From NCBI GenBank assembly GCA_963662315.1, contig OY759353.1, forward strand, positions 3,808,001 to 3,872,000: a DNA stretch of 64,000 bases, read 5' to 3'. Shown here piece after piece: positions 49,245-58,413 of this stretch. A model generated the notes under the pieces. The model was given only the letters and a program-made list of their open reading frames with translations. It searched no databases and was not told the origin of the DNA. A program made the translations under genes and the position numbers. Positions within the stretch are counted from its first letter, which is position 1; the number at the start of each line of letters is the position of its first letter. The stretch is from Geopsychrobacteraceae bacterium (GTDB lineage: Bacteria > Desulfobacterota > Desulfuromonadia > Desulfuromonadales > Geopsychrobacteraceae).

Positions 49245-49652
49245 CTACAATTCGATAATCACCTCAGAGTTAAATGATTCAGGCATTTGAAGAAATCTTC
49301 TCCATGCAGTAACTACGGCCTTAAATTCAGCAAGTGAAAATCTTCCTTCTGGCTGCCCAACCCATTCATCATTTACATTTATATCAACTTGAATACCATT
49401 TTGGGAAATTAAGACATCCACGTCATTTCCTTCTATATCAGACTCACTTTCGTGCCCTTCCTCTATCATTTCAACTTCAGCCAATACTCGATCACAATCA
49501 TCAATAGACTGAGCAATGCAACTTAAAATATTGGCGAGATATCGCTGATATCTCGCCACATCCTGACCATCTATAAACTCCTGGCACTGATGATAAACTT
49601 GTCCCAACACAGGATGGTTTCCACCATCAGCATAATAAAGCTTTAACTTCAC
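49245..49652 (-). CDS. Putative immunity protein for the EndoU toxin
   Basis: 135 aa, acidic, immediately downstream of toxin 2, GAGGTG RBS. Confidence 0.72.
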   Translation of the reverse strand: MKLKLYYADGGNHPVLGQVYHQCQEFIDGQDVARYQRYLANILSCIAQSIDDCDRVLAEVEMIEEGHESESDIEGNDVDVLISQNGIQVDINVNDEWVGQPEGRFSLAEFKAVVTAWRRFLQMPESFNSEVIIEL

Positions 49653-49661
49653 ATTGCACCT

Positions 49662-50798
49662 CTAAGGTTTCTTTGGCGTTTGATATACCGGATAAACAGT
49701 TGTTTTTGGTGAAATCCAACCCTCGACTTTGACACCGGAAGGCGTAACTGAAATCCACTTATCACCTTGAACAATCTTATTCGGGTCATTCCAAGCTGCA
49801 TCAACTTCTGTTTTAACACGGATTTCATCCCAACCTTTGGGAAACATCGTATTAGTAGAATTATTGCTAGTCTTAGTTATCCACTGTCCCGGATTCGCCG
49901 GATCGGGAACTTGAATCGTAGCTTTATATACATCTGCAACATCAGGCACCGATTCAGTTCTGGGGACAATTCGGACATCACCGTAGAGCAAAGTATGACC
50001 GCCAGTCGGTTTACCTTTTTTCGTGTAGTCAGCTTTCAATACGTGATCAAAATCTACTGGTGATTGCTGAACGTACTTGTTTGGAACAACTATCTCACCA
50101 GCAGATGATACTACAGGCCCCATCGAAAGTCCAAGCCCAGCTCTCAAACCACCAGCGGTCAACGCTGTGCCAACAACGTCATTTGTCTCAGCAGGCGTCT
50201 GAGAAAGTCGCATGCTGTAGGTACTTGCAAAGTCAGTTTGCTTAAATGCAGTAGCCTCTTGCAATACTTGATCGCCTCTTTCGGTCTCCTCAGGCCTTGC
50301 CATCACCTGCTTCTGGCCCAAAAAATTGCGTCTGCCGCCTTTGACACTGTTCTCAAACCCTTGGTTGACCACCGCTTTGGCTGTGCTGCTTTGCAAAGAT
50401 CTCTGCTGGCTGTGGGTTTGCGGTACCATGATTTTACTGTAAGCAGATGAGACTATTCCCTGCAGGTTTTCATATTGGTTTATTCCTGACAGGCTGGCAA
50501 CCCAGCGGCCTTTTTGGGGATTGTTCGGGTAGTCAGGGGCCTGCTGCCAGTAGACGACCCCCAAGAAGGGGAGCTTCATAGAGTAGACGAGGCAGACTTC
50601 CATCTTGTCAATTTTTTTTAGCAGCTCATCAAGCCCCTGTTGATAATGGCGCCACTGGACAGGAACGAATTCGTTTAGATTATGAATGCTGGTAAAACCG
50701 TCACAATAGGCGTCACGGACATCGTTTTTAGCGAAAAACGGATTGGAAATATACGGCAGGTCAGTAACCGTAATATCTCTGGCAGCAACAAGTCTCAT
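49662..50798 (-). CDS. Polymorphic toxin 2 with a C-terminal bacterial EndoU nuclease domain
   Basis: Shared N-terminus; after VVPN: FDHVL...TGGH...K...NTMFPKGW...TVYPV. Confidence 0.8.
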   Translation of the reverse strand: MRLVAARDITVTDLPYISNPFFAKNDVRDAYCDGFTSIHNLNEFVPVQWRHYQQGLDELLKKIDKMEVCLVYSMKLPFLGVVYWQQAPDYPNNPQKGRWVASLSGINQYENLQGIVSSAYSKIMVPQTHSQQRSLQSSTAKAVVNQGFENSVKGGRRNFLGQKQVMARPEETERGDQVLQEATAFKQTDFASTYSMRLSQTPAETNDVVGTALTAGGLRAGLGLSMGPVVSSAGEIVVPNKYVQQSPVDFDHVLKADYTKKGKPTGGHTLLYGDVRIVPRTESVPDVADVYKATIQVPDPANPGQWITKTSNNSTNTMFPKGWDEIRVKTEVDAAWNDPNKIVQGDKWISVTPSGVKVEGWISPKTTVYPVYQTPKKP

Positions 50799-51633
50799 CG
50801 GTATCCCCCCTCAAGGATAAAATAAGTTGCTATAAGAAATAACTATCTGGAAAGTTTTAATGAGGGGAGAGGATAGCGTTTTTTTAGATTCAGTCAAGAT
50901 ATTTAGCAGGAGTTTTAAGGGCGGTCTTTTCGACTCGGGATCAATTTTCAGAAGTTATCTTAGATAAAATTACATCAAAACCGCCGGGTCCCGGCCCGGC
51001 AGCCGGATTCATTTTTTCCAGCGATAAAAAAACGAATCAAAAAAATCTTTTAAGGTCAAACACACTGACGATAATTGATTCGGTCAACGTCTAATCGTTG
51101 CTACCCGTAGTGAACAGACCGCCCAACGATGCTGCGCATCCATGGGCAGAACCGAATTAAAGTGAGTACATAAAAATGCCAACGGCATTTTTGCGGTTCT
51201 GGCCATCAGGCGCGTATTGCGCCGTCGGCCGGCTGGTTAGATGCTGGATGTTCCTTTGGAGAGACGAAGCCCGAGTACGGACCCTTTAAAGAAGGGCGTT
51301 TTGTGCTTACTATTTGTCGCCCGCCTGGGACAAATAGTAAGGCGTCGTGCGGGGCGCAACACCGCGACCTTGCTTGTTTCATTTCAATCATAAAAGACAA
51401 CACCACCGGGTCCCGGCCCGGCAGCCGGATTCATTTTTTCCAGCGATGAAAAAACGAATCAAAAAAAATCTTTAGGTCAAACACACTGACGACAATTGAT
51501 TTTCGGTCTACGCTTATTCGTTGTTACGAGCAGAGAACAGAACGTCTGACGATGCTGTCGTATCAATAGACAGTGGAAGCTCATGGTCCTAATCCATAAA
51601 TTAACCAAGACTCACCGTTTTGGAGTTGTTGTG
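50799..51633. repeat. Upstream non-coding region of the toxin unit, copy 2
   Basis: Near-identical to copies 1 and 3; two CCGGGTCCCGGCCCGG hairpin modules at 50984 and 51406. Confidence 0.9.
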
Positions 51634-52318
51634 GGAGTTCCGGGGACAGTATATAGATCTTTGACAAAGACTTGTTGCCTGCTAGTCTTTTTCTTATGGC
51701 GAGAATAGCACGAGTTATTGCACCGGGCTTGCCCCATCATGTAACGCAACGGGGCAACCGGCGGCAGACGACATTTTTTTGCGATGAGGATTTTCAGATT
51801 TATATCGATCTGATGGCTCATTGGTGTGCCAAGTATCATGTGGATATCTGGGCTTGGTGCCTCATGCCAAACCATGTTCATTTAATTGCGGTGCCAACAG
51901 ATGAAGCCGGCCTGGCGCGTGCGATTGGTGAAGCGCATAGACGCTATACCCGACATATCAATTTCCGCCATGATTGGCGGGGTCATCTGTGGCAAGAACG
52001 TTTTGCTTCTTTCCCTATGGATGAAGCCCATCTCCTTGCCGCTGCGCGTTATATAGAAATGAACCCTGTCGCTGCAAACCTGGTCTCTGACCCTGGGCAG
52101 TACCCCTGGAGTAGTGCGAAAGCGCACCTCAATGACCTGGATGATGGTCTGGAGAACCGCGCTCCACTATTGGATCTGGTTTCAGACTGGCAAAGTTTCC
52201 TAAAGTTAAGTAACGAAGAAGAACTGGAGATTTTGCATAAACATGAGAAAACAGGGCGACCACTTGGGAATTTGTCTTTTGTTGAAAGTATCGAAGTTCT
52301 ATTAGCACGGACATTGCG

Positions 52319-54944
52319 GAGGGTGTAAAATCCTTTGTGTAAATAGACCCAGTCGGTTACAACCCGTAACCACTGGAGGAACCACAGATGTCTATACCTG
52401 ACGACCTGCTTGATAGCCTGATGAAGGACTACAAAAACCCTGAAGATCTCATTGGGGAAACCGGGCTGCTGAAACAACTGACAAAAAAACTTTTGGAGCG
52501 GGCGATGCAAACCGAGATGACCGATCACCTCGGCTATGAAAAAAACGCTCCGACTACTAATAAATCCGGCAATACTCGTAACGGAAGTTACCAGAAAAAG
52601 ATCAAGGGTGAGTTTGGAGAACTTGATATTTCTGTTCCCCGAGACCGGGATGCCAGCTTTGAACCAGCTATCCTCCCCAAAGGGCAAAGCCGATTTTCTG
52701 GCTTTGATGATAAAATCATCGCTTTGTATGCTCGCGGCATGACCACCCGCGACATCCAGGCACACTTGGAAGAAATCTATGGGGTTGAGATTTCACCGAC
52801 GCTGGTTTCTCAGGTAACCAAGGCTGTTCAGGAGGAGGTTGTTCTGTGGCAGAATCGCCCCCTTGATGATGTTTGGCCAATCGTCTACCTTGATGCTCTT
52901 CGCGTCAAGGTTCGGCAGGATAACCGAGTCATAAATAAAGCTGTCTATCTTGCTGTTGGTGTCAATCTTGACGGCGTGAAAGAGGTTCTAGGCATGTGGA
53001 CTGCCGAGAATGAAGGAGCCAAATTCTGGCTGCAGGTCGTCACCGAATTGAAGAACCGTGGGGTCAAGGATATCTTCATTGCCTGCGTCGACGGACTGAA
53101 GGGATTTCCTGAAGCGATAGAGGCCGTCTTCCCGAAAACGCAGGTTCAGCTCTGCATCGTCCATATGGTTCGGCACAGCCTGAACTACGTCTCTTGGAAA
53201 CAACGCAAGGAAGTCGCTGCCGACTTAAAAACAATCTATTCAGCGGCGACACTGGAGGAGGCTGAGTACCACCTGGAACTCTTCGGAGATAAATGGGATT
53301 CCAGCCATCCTACAATCAGCAAATCATGGCGAAACAACTGGGAGCGGATTACTCCGCTGTTCTCTTATCCGCCAGAGATCCGAAAGGCAATTTACACGAC
53401 CAACGCCATTGAGTCGGTAAATATGTCGTTGAGGAAGGTAATGAAGAACCGAGGTTCGTTCCCCAATGACGAGGCCATGTTTAAGCTGATGTATCTGGCT
53501 TTACAGAATATTGCCAAGAAATGGACAATGCCGATCCGTAACTGGCGATCGGGTAGTGTTCAAAATTCTGTGTCAATTCGTTACTATCATCACAACCAAA
53601 GGAATGACACATGACTCAACCCAAAATCACCTTCGATCTAGACGCTGCTCTTGCGGCCTTGCGTGAAGGCAAGGATCTCAACGGCAAAGACGGGATTCTC
53701 ACTCCGCTGATCAAGCAGCTTACAGAAGCCGCCATACAGGCCGAACTTGATGAGCACTTGGCCAATGAGGAAGGCCCGAATCGCAAAAACGGTAAAACGT
53801 CAAAAACAATCAAGTCCCTCTCGGACAGTTTTATTCTTGATACTCCGCGTGATCGCGCCAATACCTTTGAGCCCCAGCTGGTTAAAAAAAATCAGACTCA
53901 GCTTACCGATGAGTTGGAGCGGAAAATCATTGCCCTGTTTGCTCTTGGTACGAGCTATCAGGATATTCGGCAACATGTCTCCGACATGTATGGAATTTCC
54001 GTTTCCAACGGCACAATTAACGCCGTAACCGACAAGCTCTTGCCGGACCTGCAAGCCTGGCGAGAGCGCGATCTTGAAGCGATTTATCCGATCCTCTGGC
54101 TGGACGCTATCCACTACAAGGTCAAGGAAAACGGCCGTTATATCGGTAAGGCGATCTACACCATCCTGGGCCTGAACATCGAAGGCAAGAAAGAGCTTCT
54201 CGGACTCTATCTCTCCGACAATGAAGGGGCACACCACTGGTTAAGCGTTCTTACCGATCTGCATAACCGCGGGGTACAGGACATTTTGATCGCATGTGTC
54301 GATGGCCTCAAGGGTTTCCCCGAAGCTATCGAAAGCATCTATCCGAATACTGAAATCCAGCACTGCGTCATCCACCAGATTCGCAATTCGATCAAGTATG
54401 TAGCCTCAAAGAATCAAAAGGCCTTCATGGCTGATCTGAAGTGTGTCTACAAGGCAGCGACCCTCAACGCAGCGGAGCTGGCTTTGGACGACTTGGAATC
54501 GAAATGGGGTGAGAAGTATCCCATGGTCATTAAGTCTTGGCGCAGTAAATGGCCGACCTTATCCAACTATTTCAAGTACCCCGATTACGTCCGGACAGCC
54601 ATCTATACCACCAATGCTGTGGAGGCGGTTCACCGACAGTTCCGCAAACTGACCAAGACAAAGGGTGGCTTCGCCAATGAAAACAGCTTGCTGAAGCTGC
54701 TTTACGCTGGCATACTCAAGGCCTCCGAGCGTTGGACACATCCGATTCAGAACTGGAATCTGACGCTGGCTCAGCTGACCATCCATTTTCCGGGTCGGCT
54801 GGAAAAACATCTCAGTCTATGAGCCTGACACAGAATCCTGAACACCCTCGGCGATCGGCACTGAATCAGTTTTCGATTATATTTGAAGGGCGGATGCCAC
54901 TGCTCTAACCGACGGGGCATTTACACAATCTGCTTTACACCCTC
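52319..54944 (+). mobile_element. IS256-family element (outer); transposase 52388..54908 disrupted near its C-terminus
   Basis: IRL GAGGGTGTAAAATCCTTTGTGTAAAT and matching IRR ending at 54944; 8-bp TSD ACATTGCG at 52311 and 54945; VPRDR, CVDGLKG, QLCIVH and TTNAIE motifs. Confidence 0.93.
53552..54849 (+). mobile_element. IS256-family element (inner) with intact transposase 53611..54822
   Basis: IRL GGTAGTGTTCAAAATTCTGTGTCA and IRR TGACACAGAATCCTGAACACCCTC; 8-bp TSD GGCGATCG at 53544 and 54850; TPRDR, CVDGLKG and TTNAVE motifs. Confidence 0.93.
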
Positions 54945-55011
54945 ACATTGCGGCCTCTGCCACCAGGCCCTAAAAAGAATGATTAGTTCTATATACTGTC
55001 CCCGGAACTCC

Positions 55012-55220
55012 TCCGGCATAAAACCTTGTTGATTGTTGCGGTGAATCTGCGAGATTTTTCCTGTTTTCAGATCCATTGCAACGGAAAGTGCAGGCCCCAT
55101 TTCTTTATTAGTAATCCCTTTTGCCTGCTTGAGGGCCATCAAGGATTCAAACTCTGCGCTTGCCAATGACCTTAGCTGATCTGCTTGCTGAGAGTTAACG
55201 AGTAGCCTACTGTTTGGAAC
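55012..55220 (-). pseudogene. Orphan toxin-tip fragment, possibly the start of a YwqJ-like deaminase
   Basis: VPNSRLL...KEMGPALSVAMDLKTGKISQIHRNNQQGFMP, cut by the RAYT right end; no proper start or RBS of its own. Confidence 0.6.
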
Positions 55221-55222
55221 AA

Positions 55223-55642
55223 TCAATTATTTACATTCAAACACGATGGAATTTTTCCGTTTGTCTTTAAAAAGCTTAAACATATTTCGCGAACAGTCTC
55301 TATATCATCAATTAAGCTCCGATCATTCTGAAATTGTCCCAATATAGCGATATTTTTAGCATCTTTATCTGGGTTATATAATCGGTAAATTAATCGATCT
55401 CCTTCAGAGTCAACTTCGCTACATTCCACATAACATTTCCCTGCATCACAACTTACGTTAAGACTGCATTCGCCAGGCTCATCTTCCTCTCCTTTCCAAA
55501 GGGATAGAAAGCCATTATTTGAGTACACCGAATCTAACCGTGCAAAAACTTCTCTTTCAGTTGGATTTTTCAGCATTGTACTTTGGTTCCGTTCTCCAGA
55601 GGGTGAATAAACAAACCCTCCTATGCTCAGTTGTTCGATCAT
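55223..55642 (-). CDS. Putative immunity protein for the deaminase toxin (Imm1-like)
   Basis: 139 aa, TAATG overlap with toxin 3; acidic, C-terminal D.E.V.E....F...G pattern. Confidence 0.72.
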   Translation of the reverse strand: MIEQLSIGGFVYSPSGERNQSTMLKNPTEREVFARLDSVYSNNGFLSLWKGEEDEPGECSLNVSCDAGKCYVECSEVDSEGDRLIYRLYNPDKDAKNIAILGQFQNDRSLIDDIETVREICLSFLKTNGKIPSCLNVNN

Positions 55643-56781
55643 TATTCAGCCTTTGACTTAATAATTTTAAACTTGCTCATACCTGGCTCCCAATAATAAG
55701 TTTTCGGGAGGCCCGTTTTATTACTTAAAGAACGAACAGTTAAACTAGTGTATTCGTCTTTAATTGCAGCTTGCACAAGATCTTTTTGGCAAAAACCACA
55801 AACATCAAGACCATCTACATCCATTACAACATTTGAACCTTTCCCAACACCGGAATTTCGAATTTGCTGAGCCACTCCGATTTCAGCATGAGCATTTGCC
55901 ATATTGCTATTTGGATACCCACCTTCTCGTAGAGGTTTAGCCTCAACGAATTCTGAAATAAACGTTTTCTGATTCGCATCCGCTCCCAATCTAAGAGTTG
56001 GATTGATATCTTCAAATAGTTGATCGCCTACTTTTGCTCGAGCTCTAACAGATAATTCAGTGTTTGGAACCACTCTTCCACCAGCAGATGATACTACAGT
56101 CCCCTTCGAAAGTCCAAGCCCAGTTCTCAAACCACCAGCGGTCAACGCTGTGCCAACAACGTCATTTGTCTCAGCAGGCGTCTGAGAAAGTCGCATGCTG
56201 TAGGTACTTGCAAAGTCAGTTTGCTTAAAAGCAGTAGCCTCTTGCAATACGTGATCGCCTCTTTCGGCCTCCTCAGGCCTTGCCATCACCTGCTTCTGGC
56301 CCAAAAAATTGCGTCTGCCGCCTTCGACACTGTTCTCAAACCCTTGGTTGACCACCGCTTTGGCTGTGCTGCTTTGCAAAGAGGCCTGCTGGCTGTGGGT
56401 TTGCGGTACCATGATTTTACTGTAAGCAGATGAGACTATTCCCTGCAGGTTTGCATATTGGTTTATTCCTGATAGGCTGGCGACCCAGCGGCCTTTTTGA
56501 GAATTGTTCGGGTAGTCAGGGTCCTGCTGCCAGTAGACGACCCCCAAGAAGGGGAGCTTCATAGAGTAGACGAGGCAGACTTCCATCTTGTCAATTTTTT
56601 TTAGCAGCTCATCAAGCCCCTGTTGATAATTGCGCCACTGGGCAGGAACGAATTCGTTTAGATTATGAATGCTGGTAAAACCGTCACAATAGGCGTCACG
56701 GACATCGTTTTTAGCGAAAAACGGATTGGAAATATACGGCAGGTCAGCAACCGTAATATCTCTGGCAGCAACAAGTCTCAT
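55642..56781 (-). CDS. Polymorphic toxin 3 with a C-terminal nucleic-acid deaminase-like domain
   Basis: Shared N-terminus; after VVPN: PNSNMANAHAEIG...VCGFC (HxE...CxxC zinc motif). Confidence 0.8.
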   Translation of the reverse strand: MRLVAARDITVADLPYISNPFFAKNDVRDAYCDGFTSIHNLNEFVPAQWRNYQQGLDELLKKIDKMEVCLVYSMKLPFLGVVYWQQDPDYPNNSQKGRWVASLSGINQYANLQGIVSSAYSKIMVPQTHSQQASLQSSTAKAVVNQGFENSVEGGRRNFLGQKQVMARPEEAERGDHVLQEATAFKQTDFASTYSMRLSQTPAETNDVVGTALTAGGLRTGLGLSKGTVVSSAGGRVVPNTELSVRARAKVGDQLFEDINPTLRLGADANQKTFISEFVEAKPLREGGYPNSNMANAHAEIGVAQQIRNSGVGKGSNVVMDVDGLDVCGFCQKDLVQAAIKDEYTSLTVRSLSNKTGLPKTYYWEPGMSKFKIIKSKAE

Positions 56782-57615
56782 CGGTATCCCCCCTCAAGGA
56801 TAAAATAAGTTGCTATAAGAAATAACTATCTGGAAAGTTTTAATGAGAGGAGAGGATAGCGTTTTTTTAGCTTGAGTCAAGATGTTTAGCAGGAATTTTA
56901 AGGGCGGTCTTTTCAACTCGGGATCAATTTTCAGAAGTTATCTTAGATAAAATCACATCAAAATCGCCGGGTCCCGGCCCGGCAGCCGGATTCATTTTTT
57001 CCAGCGATAAAAAAACGAATCAAAAAAATCTTTTAAGGTCAAACACACTGACGATAGTCGATTCGGTCTACACTTTATCGTTGCTACCAGCAGTGAACAG
57101 CCCGCCCAACGATGCTATTGCATCCATGGGCAGAACCGAATTAAAGTGAATACATAAAAATGCCAACGGCATTTTTGCGGTTCTGGCCATCAGGCGCGTA
57201 TTGCGCCGTCGGCCGGCTGGTTAGATGCTGGAGGTTTCTTTGGAGAGATGAAGCCCGAGTACGGACCCTTTAAAAAAGGGCGTTTTGTGCTTACTATTTG
57301 TCGCCCGCCTGGGACAAATAGTAAGGCGTTGTGCGGGGCGCAACACCGTGACCGTGCTTGTTTCATTTCAATCATAAAAGACAACACCACCGGGTCCCGG
57401 CCCGGCAGCCGGATTCATTTTTTTCCAGCGCTGAAAAAACGAATCAAAAAAATCTTTAAGGTCAAACACACTGACGATAATTGATTCGGTTTACGTTCTA
57501 TCGTTGCTATCAGCAGTGAACAGACCGCCCAACGATGCTGTCGTATCAATAGACAGTGGAAGCTCATGGCCCTACTCCATAAATTAACCAAGATTCACCG
57601 TTTTGGAGTTGTTGG
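56782..57615. repeat. Upstream non-coding region of the toxin unit, copy 3 (most complete)
   Basis: Hairpin modules at 56967 and 57390; 13-bp perfect stem at 57290-57325. Confidence 0.9.
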
Positions 57616-57810
57616 GTAAATAATATCTCAAAAGAGTCAGAGATTGGTCAGAAATCACCTATATAATGGATTAATTGGCAATATGAGAAGCCTGATCGAA
57701 GACTTTCATTCGGTGGGCATTAAAATTTTTAATATTATATGTGAGGTGTAGAGATTCATGGGATTCAGGTTTTTCTACAGACTCGTTAGCTTTACCATCA
57801 AGGAAGTCAC

Positions 57811-58227
57811 ATGCAATTTGAAGAACAAGTATTCATCGCCGCATCTGCTGAAGAGGTGTTCAGGTTGTATGCTGACGTAAGCAGCTGGTCTACATGGGAT
57901 ACTGAGGTAAAAGCATCTTCCATTGACGGGGTATTTGCTTCTGGTGTCAATGGTCAGCTTCAGCCTACTAAAGGACCAAAAGCAAAAATTACCATCACAG
58001 AAGTGTTTTCCAACTACTCGTTTACGGTAGAAAGTAAGCTCCCTTTGTGCATTATGCTCTTTGAACATGAACTTTCGAAACGTTCGGGGGGTACGAATGC
58101 CTTGCATCGAATAAGCTTTGAAGGTTTGCTTTCACCTTTGTTCGGTTGGCTTATTGGCTCTCAAATTCGGAAAGGGCTGCCGGGTACGTTGCAGGGCCTG
58201 AAGCAGGTTGCCGAACAACAAAGCTAA
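57811..58227 (+). CDS. SRPBCC / polyketide cyclase-like protein with gene-cassette-like boundaries
   Basis: I.AS.E.VF..Y.DV..W..W pattern; flanked by GTTAGCT (57785) and AGCTAAC (58222) containing the stop codon. Confidence 0.8.
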   Translation: MQFEEQVFIAASAEEVFRLYADVSSWSTWDTEVKASSIDGVFASGVNGQLQPTKGPKAKITITEVFSNYSFTVESKLPLCIMLFEHELSKRSGGTNALHRISFEGLLSPLFGWLIGSQIRKGLPGTLQGLKQVAEQQS

Positions 58228-58413
58228 CAAGTTTTGTTGGGGGGCTGGCGGGCCTTTACCTGACCGGTTTTCAGGCGCACTGTGTCTCCAAATCGGCCGC
58301 TACATTTGGAAGATTGACCCTCTTCCATAATCTTAAATTGTTCATTTACAGATATTATTCCTTTGGCCATGCTATAACGAAAAGAATCATCAGCAATGGA
58401 AAGGATCTTCTCC

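Larger units (their letters stand above)
51634..55011 (+). mobile_element. RAYT element, copy 3, interrupted by nested IS256 elements
   Basis: Left TIR 51634-51657; CDS from 51696 broken after 52318; remainder at 54945-54986; right TIR 54988-55011. Confidence 0.85.

Noticed and set aside
44970..52314. Repeated minus-strand ORFs (MNMVWHEAP..., MRFRTTPG...)
   Set aside because: They are antisense shadows of the three RAYT copies and recur only because the RAYT is repeated.
45013..55011. CRISPR array made of the GGAGTTCCGGGGACA repeats
   Set aside because: Copies occur in both orientations, are irregularly spaced, mark transposase ends, and no cas genes are present.
54921..55226. ORF-track 101-aa protein as a real gene
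   Set aside because: It has a non-standard start overlapping the immunity stop, and its C-terminus is read-through into the antisense RAYT and IS ends; treated as an orphan fragment.
44810..56781. Diversity-generating retroelement or retron behind the toxin variation
   Set aside because: No intact reverse transcriptase (only an intron IEP tail), and the variation is whole-domain replacement rather than adenine-specific substitution.
51206..57484. Short ORFs at 51206-51406, 57190-57390 and 57248-57484 (also 47762-47956)
   Set aside because: They lie within hairpin-rich repeats, are disrupted by the deletion in unit 1, and lack RBS or domain features.
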